This document shows positions 58,083 through 64,000 of a stretch of 64,000 bases of DNA, piece after piece. The stretch lies in assembly GCA_965247115.1 (NCBI GenBank), contig CBDFGR010000003.1, positions 1,536,001 through 1,600,000 on the forward strand, in the 5' to 3' direction. Source of the DNA: Myxococcota bacterium (GTDB lineage Bacteria > Myxococcota_A > UBA9160 > SZUA-336). The number at the start of each line of letters is the position of its first letter. Position 1 is the stretch's first letter. A program made the position numbers and the translations under genes. Below the pieces are notes generated by a model that did no database searches, was not told where the DNA came from, and saw only the letters and a program-made list of their open reading frames with translations.

Positions 58083-59260
58083 ACGACTCGCTTCTCTCTC
58101 AGCTCGGAGATGGTCTGGCTGTCATAGCCAAGCGCGGCCAGCACCTCGTCGGTGTCCGCGCCCTTGTCGGGTGCGGCGCTGCGCATGCGCTGTGGCGTCC
58201 GGGTCAGGTTGACCGGCTGCCCGACGACCTCGATCGAGCCGAGCTTCGGATGCTCGACCGGGGTCGCGATGCCCAGGTGGCGTACCTGCGGATCCGCGAA
58301 GGTCTGATCGATGCTGTTGATCGGGCCGCACGGAATGCCGAGCTCGTTGAGCAGGTCAATCCAGTGGGCGCTCTCGCGCTTTTGTGTGTACTCGTCGATC
58401 TCCGCGTTGAGAGCCTCGCGGTTCCGTGAGCGCTTCTCGTTGTCCGCGTACTCGGGCCGCTCCAGCAGCTCCTCGGCGCCGATGCCCTTGCAGAAGATCC
58501 GGAACATGCGATTCCCGGGTGCGGCGATGTTGATGTGGCCGTCGGCCGTCGGGTAGACACCCATGGGGATCCCCGTCGGGTGGTTGTTTCCCGCCTGCGG
58601 CGGAACCTCTTTGCTGATCAGCCAGCGCGCGGCCTGGAAATCGAGCATCGAGATCTGCGCCTCGAGCAGCGAGGTGTGGACCCACTGGCCTTCGCCCGAC
58701 CTCTCGCGCTCCAGCAGAGCGACCAGCATCCCGATGGCCAGGTACATGCCCGCACAGAGGTCCGAGATCGGCACGCCGACGCGAACCGGACCCTGACCCG
58801 GCAGCCCGGTAATCGACATCAAGCCGCCCATCCCCTGGGCGATCTGATCGACGCCGGGTCGCGATCGGTACGGCCCGTCCTGCCCGAAGCCAGAAATGCT
58901 GCCGTACACAATGCGCGGGTTCACCTTCCGGACCGACTCGTAGTCGACGCCGAGGCGGTGCTTCACCTCCGCACGGAAGTTCTCCACGACGACGTCTGCG
59001 TCGCGGACGAGCTTGAAGAAGATCTCGAGGCCTCGCTCCTCCTTCAAGTTGATGGTCAGGCAGCGCTTGTTCCGGTGCAGGTTCTGGAAGTCCGGTCCGT
59101 AGCGCCCCGTGCCCGTTATATTCTCGTCACTCGCGGGCGGCTCGATCCGGATCACGTCCGCCCCCCAATCCGCGAGCTGACGCACCGCGGTCGGCCCGGC
59201 TCGCGCCACCGTGAGGTCGATCACCTTGAAGTTCGAAAGCGGAAGGCCGCTCTGCTCCAC
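58079..59260 (-). CDS. Class III CoA-transferase (CaiB/BaiF)
   Basis: VIDLTVARAGP, LHRNKR, DVVVENFR, SISGFGQDGPY and DQIAQGMGGLMS. AGGAGGAG RBS. Confidence 0.92.
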   Translation of the reverse strand: MEQSGLPLSNFKVIDLTVARAGPTAVRQLADWGADVIRIEPPASDENITGTGRYGPDFQNLHRNKRCLTINLKEERGLEIFFKLVRDADVVVENFRAEVKHRLGVDYESVRKVNPRIVYGSISGFGQDGPYRSRPGVDQIAQGMGGLMSITGLPGQGPVRVGVPISDLCAGMYLAIGMLVALLERERSGEGQWVHTSLLEAQISMLDFQAARWLISKEVPPQAGNNHPTGIPMGVYPTADGHINIAAPGNRMFRIFCKGIGAEELLERPEYADNEKRSRNREALNAEIDEYTQKRESAHWIDLLNELGIPCGPINSIDQTFADPQVRHLGIATPVEHPKLGSIEVVGQPVNLTRTPQRMRSAAPDKGADTDEVLAALGYDSQTISELREKRVV

Positions 59261-59466
59261 TGGCTCCTCCTTGCGGACCGCCAGGGCCCGTGTGACTGCG
59301 GAGATTCTACCACCCGGCCGACATCTGGAAGTCCCGACGCGCAACGACGCATGGGGCCCTGGCTGTCCGCTGACGGTCAGCGCTGAAGACGCAACGTACT
59401 TGCCCGTTCCGGAGCTCCTCTAGGCTGCTTGCTGCCTGCAAAACGGGCCACGTGCGAGGAGTGCGA

Positions 59467-60091
59467 TTGACGTTTCGCGAGGACGAGCTGAGGTATCAGA
59501 CGCCCTTCTGCAGCGATCTCTGCTCCCTCGGTATCAAACACCGAACCGACAAGAGCATGCACAACCGCACAGCCAGTCTGAACTACCTCGATGTCTACGA
59601 GGTCTATCTGGGAAGGCTTCGGAACGAGCCGATCCGCGTTCTCGAGATTGGCGTCCGGGATGGCGCCTCTCTCCGCATGTGGGAGGAGTACTTCCCGCAG
59701 GCCCGAATCTTCGGGCTCGACATCGATCCGGACTGCGTGCGTCAGCAGACAGAGCGAGTCTGCGTCGAAATAGGGGATCAGGCCGATCCCGGCGTGATCG
59801 AACGGATCGGCCGCGGTGCCGGCCCCTTCCACCTGATCGTGGACGACGGCAGCCAACCGCGACATCATCCGCACCTTCGAAGGCCTGTGGCCGTGGCTGG
59901 CGGCGGGCGGTGTCTACATCATCGAGGATCTGTACCACTCGTACGGTCCGCGCGAAAAGCCGACAGAGTGCAATCGCAGGAGCGAGCTCGCGCACCTCTT
60001 CGAGCAGATCATCGGGCAGGTGGACGATCCGGCGCGCGACGCCCTCGCGATCCACTTCTGGGACTCGATCTGTATCGTTCTCAAAGTGTGA
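59467..60091 (+). pseudogene. Class I (MycE-like) sugar O-methyltransferase, frameshifted near 59854
   Basis: TDK, VLEIGV, GLDID, GDQAD and IVDDGS are in one frame; NRDIIRTFEGLWPWLAAGGVYIIEDL...LKV* continues in another. Confidence 0.75.
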
Positions 60092-60159
60092 GAACTGCGT
60101 AGCCGCGGCGACTCGCCGATGATAGGGTTGGCGAGCGGGAGGTGAGGAGAGGAGAAGAG

Positions 60160-60471
60160 ATGGCAGTCGTTTCCGTATTTGCATGGGCGGTGAAGCCAGG
60201 TCGGACGCAGGAGGTGCTCGGGATCGTCGCCCAGGCGAAGAAGATTCACGAGCGTCTCGGCGCGCAAGTTCGAGTGTTGCTCCCGCAGTACTCGAGCGAT
60301 CCGGCGAACCTCACCTACATTCTCGAGCACGACAGCATGACCGCGCACGGAGAGTTCAGCGACAAGCTGCAGTCCGACCAGGAGTGGCAGGCCATCTTCG
60401 CGCAGATCCAGACCAACACGGATCCCTCTGCGGTGCTGAGCCAGTCGAACCTCTACATGGACGCTCCTTAG
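60160..60471 (+). CDS. Small NIPSNAP-like/dimeric alpha-beta barrel protein
   Basis: Purine-rich RBS; VKPGR...HERLGA...EHDSMTAHGEF; normal codon usage. Confidence 0.6.
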   Translation: MAVVSVFAWAVKPGRTQEVLGIVAQAKKIHERLGAQVRVLLPQYSSDPANLTYILEHDSMTAHGEFSDKLQSDQEWQAIFAQIQTNTDPSAVLSQSNLYMDAP

Positions 60472-60493
60472 CGCCCAGAACAGCCTACTTCAT

Positions 60494-60523
60494 GGGTCGG
60501 TCGGGGGTTTTCCCGGCCGGCCC
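60494..60523. terminator. GC-rich hairpin between convergent genes
   Basis: GGGTCGGTCGGGG-GTTT-TCCCGGCCGGCCC followed by CTTGCGTTT. Confidence 0.45.
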
Positions 60524-60553
60524 CTTGCGTTTCAGGCACCGGCCCGACGGACA

Positions 60554-61345
60554 TCAATTCATCTCGATGCCGCCGTCGACGTTCAGCGCCTGCCCGGTGA
60601 TGTTCCGGGCCAGGTCCGAGACCAGGAAGGCCACCGCGTTGCCGATGTCCTCGGGAGTCTGCTCGCGGCGTAGCGGGCAGATTCTCTCCAGGAGCTCGTC
60701 GAAGGCCGTGCGTGCCTCGACCACCTCGGGGCTCGGGTCGCGGCGGATCATCCCCTCGATCTTGCGCCACATGTCGGTCCACAGCAGCCCCGGACAGACC
60801 GCGTTCACGTTGATGTTCGACTGCCCGAGGGAGGCGGCGAGCGACTGCGTCAGGCTGATGGCTCCGGCCTTGGACGCGGAGTAGGCCGACAGACCGGCGC
60901 CGCCCTTGCGGCCGGCGATCGATGCGATGTTCACAATCCTGCCGGCCTGACGCTCGCGGAAGTGCGGGATCGCGGCGCTGCTCATGATCCAGATCCCCTT
61001 CAGGTTCACCTGAAAGCAGCGTTCGAAGTCCTCCTCGCTCGTCTCGGCCCCGATGGTCTCTTGGATCACGCCGGCGTTGTTGACCAGGGTATCGAGGCCT
61101 CCGAAGCGCTCGAGTGTCTGCTCGATTGCGGCTCGTGCAGACTCCGGATCCGTCACGTCCGTGCGGATCACGAGCGCGGCTCGGCCCAACTCTCCGACGT
61201 CCTTTGCCGTGAGCTCTGCGTTCTCGACGTCGATATCTGCAATGGTGATATTCGCGCCCGCTCCGGCCAGGGCGAGGACGATTCCGCGGCCGATTCCACG
61301 GCCTCCGCCGGTGACGACCGCGGTCCTCTGTTCCAGATTGATCAT
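60554..61345 (-). CDS. SDR-family oxidoreductase
   Basis: TGGGRGIG, LVNNAGV, YSASKAG and ITGQALNVDGG. Confidence 0.92.
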   Translation of the reverse strand: MINLEQRTAVVTGGGRGIGRGIVLALAGAGANITIADIDVENAELTAKDVGELGRAALVIRTDVTDPESARAAIEQTLERFGGLDTLVNNAGVIQETIGAETSEEDFERCFQVNLKGIWIMSSAAIPHFRERQAGRIVNIASIAGRKGGAGLSAYSASKAGAISLTQSLAASLGQSNINVNAVCPGLLWTDMWRKIEGMIRRDPSPEVVEARTAFDELLERICPLRREQTPEDIGNAVAFLVSDLARNITGQALNVDGGIEMN

Positions 61346-61463
61346 GACTCTCCTCCGCGCGCGCCTGGGCACAGGATACTCCAGCGCGAGACTTCGACTC
61401 GCAGATTCCATAAACTGCCCGGCTCCCCTCCTCGCGAAGATGACGTGACGGGAGCGCCCACGC

Positions 61464-63152
61464 ATGGCCAGCAGCGACTCAACGAAGGGGCTCGACTTCA
61501 TCCGCAGCATCGTTGCCGACGACCTTCGGACCGGCAAGTACGATGGTCGGGTGGTGACTCGCTTCCCGCCGGAGCCGAGCGGCCACCTCCACATCGGCCA
61601 CGCCATGTCGATCTGCCTCAACTTTGGCGTCGCCGAAGAGAACGAAGGTGGCGAGTACCACCTGCGCTTTGACGACACGAATCCGAGTCGAGAGGAGGTC
61701 GAGTTCGTCGAGGCGATCCAGGCGGATATCCGCTGGCTGGGTTTTGATTGGGGCGAGCACCTGTATTTTGCCTCGGACTACTTCGAGCAGCTGTACGCGT
61801 ATGCAAGGCAGCTGATTGAAATGGGGAAGGCCTACGTGTGCGACCTGGACACCGAGCAGATCCGTGAATATCGGGGCACGCTGACCGAGCCGGGTCGGAA
61901 CAGCCCCCACCGCGGTCGCTCGGTGGAGGAGAACCTGGAGCTGTTCGAGCGCATGCGGGCCGGAGAGTTCGACGACGGAGAGCGCGTGCTGCGAGCCAAG
62001 ATCGACATGGCATCGCCCAACCTCAACATGCGGGACCCGGTGCTGTACCGCATCCAGAAGGTGCACCACCACCGCACTGGAGATGCGTGGTGCATCTACC
62101 CGATGTACGACTTTACCCACTGCCTGTCGGACTCGATCGAGCGGGTCACGCACTCCCTCTGCACGCTCGAGTTCGAGGACAACCGCGCCCTGTACGACTG
62201 GTTCCTGGACGAGCTCGACGTCTACCACCCGCAGCAGATCGAGTTCGCACCGCTCGGGCTCGAATACACCATGCTCGGCAAGCGAAAACTCAAGAGGCTC
62301 GTGGATGAGGGCACCGTCTCGGGCTGGGATGATCCCCGCATGCCGACCGTTGCGGGGATGCGTCGGCGCGGCTACACCCGCGAGTCGATCAGGGACTTCA
62401 TCAGTCGAACCGGCGTCGCGAAGCGCGGCGGGAAAGTCGAGGTGGCCCTCCTCGAGTACTGCGTGCGCGAGGATCTGAACAAGCGCTCACCTCGTGCCAT
62501 GGCCGTCCTGCGTCCTCTCCGCGTCACGATCGAGAACTACCCCGAGGACCTGGTCGAGGAGATGGAGGCGGTGAACAACCCGGAAGATCCCTCCATGGGG
62601 ACCCGAAAGGTCCCCTTCTCGCGCGTGCTCTACATCGAGCGCGACGACTTCCGGGAGGATCCTCCGAAGAAGTTCTTTCGACTCGCACCGGGACGAGAGG
62701 TCCGACTGCGCTACGCCTACTTCGTGACCTGCACGGAGGTGGTGAAGGACGAGGAGACCGGCGAGGTGATCGAGCTGCGCTGCCGCTACGATCCGGAGAC
62801 GCGCGGTGGCGACGCCCCTGACGGTCGCAAAGTAAAGAGCACCCTACACTGGGTTTCCGCCGCACATTCGCTCGAGGCCGAGGTCCGTCTCTACGAGAAC
62901 CTGTTCCTCGAGCGCCACCCCGACGCGGCTGAGGACTATCGAGCGGGCCTCAACCCGAACGCTCTCTTGACGCTCAGCTCCTGCCAGATTGAGCCCGGCC
63001 TTGCGGGGGCGGCCCCCGGCGAACGCTACCAGTTCGAGCGCCAGGGCTACTTCTGCGTCGACTCCGCCTGCTCCGGAGACAAGCTCGTCTTCAACCGCAC
63101 GGTCACCCTCCGTGACACCTGGGCCAAGATCGAGCGGAAGTCTGCGGGGTAG
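61464..63152 (+). CDS. glnS: Glutamine--tRNA ligase
   Basis: [46 protein letters not shown] and QFERQGYF. Confidence 0.95.
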   Translation: MASSDSTKGLDFIRSIVADDLRTGKYDGRVVTRFPPEPSGHLHIGHAMSICLNFGVAEENEGGEYHLRFDDTNPSREEVEFVEAIQADIRWLGFDWGEHLYFASDYFEQLYAYARQLIEMGKAYVCDLDTEQIREYRGTLTEPGRNSPHRGRSVEENLELFERMRAGEFDDGERVLRAKIDMASPNLNMRDPVLYRIQKVHHHRTGDAWCIYPMYDFTHCLSDSIERVTHSLCTLEFEDNRALYDWFLDELDVYHPQQIEFAPLGLEYTMLGKRKLKRLVDEGTVSGWDDPRMPTVAGMRRRGYTRESIRDFISRTGVAKRGGKVEVALLEYCVREDLNKRSPRAMAVLRPLRVTIENYPEDLVEEMEAVNNPEDPSMGTRKVPFSRVLYIERDDFREDPPKKFFRLAPGREVRLRYAYFVTCTEVVKDEETGEVIELRCRYDPETRGGDAPDGRKVKSTLHWVSAAHSLEAEVRLYENLFLERHPDAAEDYRAGLNPNALLTLSSCQIEPGLAGAAPGERYQFERQGYFCVDSACSGDKLVFNRTVTLRDTWAKIERKSAG

Positions 63153-63160
63153 GCGCTCTC

Positions 63161-64000
63161 CTAGCGGCGGGCCAGGGGTCCGCGCAGCAGCTGGCCGGGC
63201 AGCGCTCCCGTGTGCTCGCCGTCCCGCAACACCACTTCGCCGTTGACGACCGTCGCGGCAATCCCCGTGGCTCTCTGCTTGAGCCGCTTCGCTCCCGCAG
63301 GAAGATCGGTCGCGACCTCCGGCATCTCCGGAGCGATGCGCTCGGGATCGAAGATCGTGACGTCTGCGGCAAAGCCCTCGCGCAGCAGCCCGCGGTCTGC
63401 GAGCCCCCAGTTCGAGGCGGGCTCGAAGCTGAGCATTCGCACGCCTTCTTCCAGCGTGAAAGCCTGCTTCTCGCGGACCCAGTGGGAGAGCACGTGAGTC
63501 TGGAGAGACGAGTCCATGATCTGCGAGACGTGCGCGCCGGAGTCCGAGAAGGTCACCACGGAGCGCGGGTGCCGCATCATCTCCAGCACGTGATCCTGGT
63601 CCTCGTTCGTGATCGTCTGCAGGAAGAACTGGTCCAGGTCCTTCTCCAGGGCCAGCTCGATGATCGCCGCCACCGGATCGAGGCCCCGCTCGCGCGCGAT
63701 CTGTGCGATCGAGCGGTGAGGTCCCGACGGGGTCTCCATGGCGAAGAGCCAGTCGTAATCGGGTCGTCGCGACTCGGCGCCGACGGCAGCTCTCCGATCC
63801 GGCACGCGCGCTGCCTCGATGAGTCGGCGTCTCGTGTCGGGGTCACGCAGCGCACCCTTCTGCTCGTCGAGCGGGAGCGCGCGCAGCTCGCGCCACACCG
63901 GCAGCCGATCGAAGGGCAGGCTCGTCTTGAACGAGAGCAGGACATTCAGTGAGCGGCTGTGGACCTGCGCGAACATGCGTCCGCCCGCGGCGGCCGTCTC
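63161..64000 (-). CDS. N-acyl-D-amino-acid deacylase-family amidohydrolase, C-terminal part (start lies beyond the window)
   Basis: SDSGAHV, DRGLLREGFAADVTIFDP and TVVNGEV...TGALPG. Confidence 0.85.
   Translation of the reverse strand, partial: ETAAAGGRMFAQVHSRSLNVLLSFKTSLPFDRLPVWRELRALPLDEQKGALRDPDTRRRLIEAARVPDRRAAVGAESRRPDYDWLFAMETPSGPHRSIAQIARERGLDPVAAIIELALEKDLDQFFLQTITNEDQDHVLEMMRHPRSVVTFSDSGAHVSQIMDSSLQTHVLSHWVREKQAFTLEEGVRMLSFEPASNWGLADRGLLREGFAADVTIFDPERIAPEMPEVATDLPAGAKRLKQRATGIAATVVNGEVVLRDGEHTGALPGQLLRGPLARR

Overview
This is a GC-rich (about two-thirds G+C by eye) bacterial chromosomal segment. A Myxococcota/deltaproteobacterial-type origin is only a guess from gene content. I found no rRNA, tRNA, CRISPR array or transposase. 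From left to right it contains: a partial GspE/PilB-type ATPase; citrate synthase; etfAB; oligopeptidase A; speA; a tungsten-type aldehyde:ferredoxin oxidoreductase locus (moaD-aor-moeA-moeA/PBP); a complete Rrf2-sufBCDSUT operon; a divergent three-gene unit (Ni/Co-permease-like membrane protein, redoxin-fusion protein, and a selenoprotein hidden by an in-frame TGA); a ~16 kb glycosyltransferase/nonulosonate/O-methyltransferase island; an ECF sigma/anti-sigma pair; kynA-kynU; two class III CoA-transferases; glnS; and a partial amidohydrolase. The main observations are: (1) two short ORFs at 30.4-30.9 kb join in frame through TGA into one UGSC-type selenoprotein (D-U-G-S-C-T-T-C) with a SECIS-like hairpin, coupled to an uncharacterised redoxin-fusion partner opposite the SUF operon; (2) a dispersed multi-hairpin REP-like repeat family (five copies) with compensatory stem changes; (3) polarised G-depletion at synonymous sites on the strand running toward the palindromic elements, regardless of gene orientation; (4) sigma28-like promoters pointing inward at both ends of the glycan island, suggesting flagellin-type protein glycosylation with an unusual nonulosonate; (5) three disrupted genes. 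All product calls come from motif recognition by eye; no database search was run.
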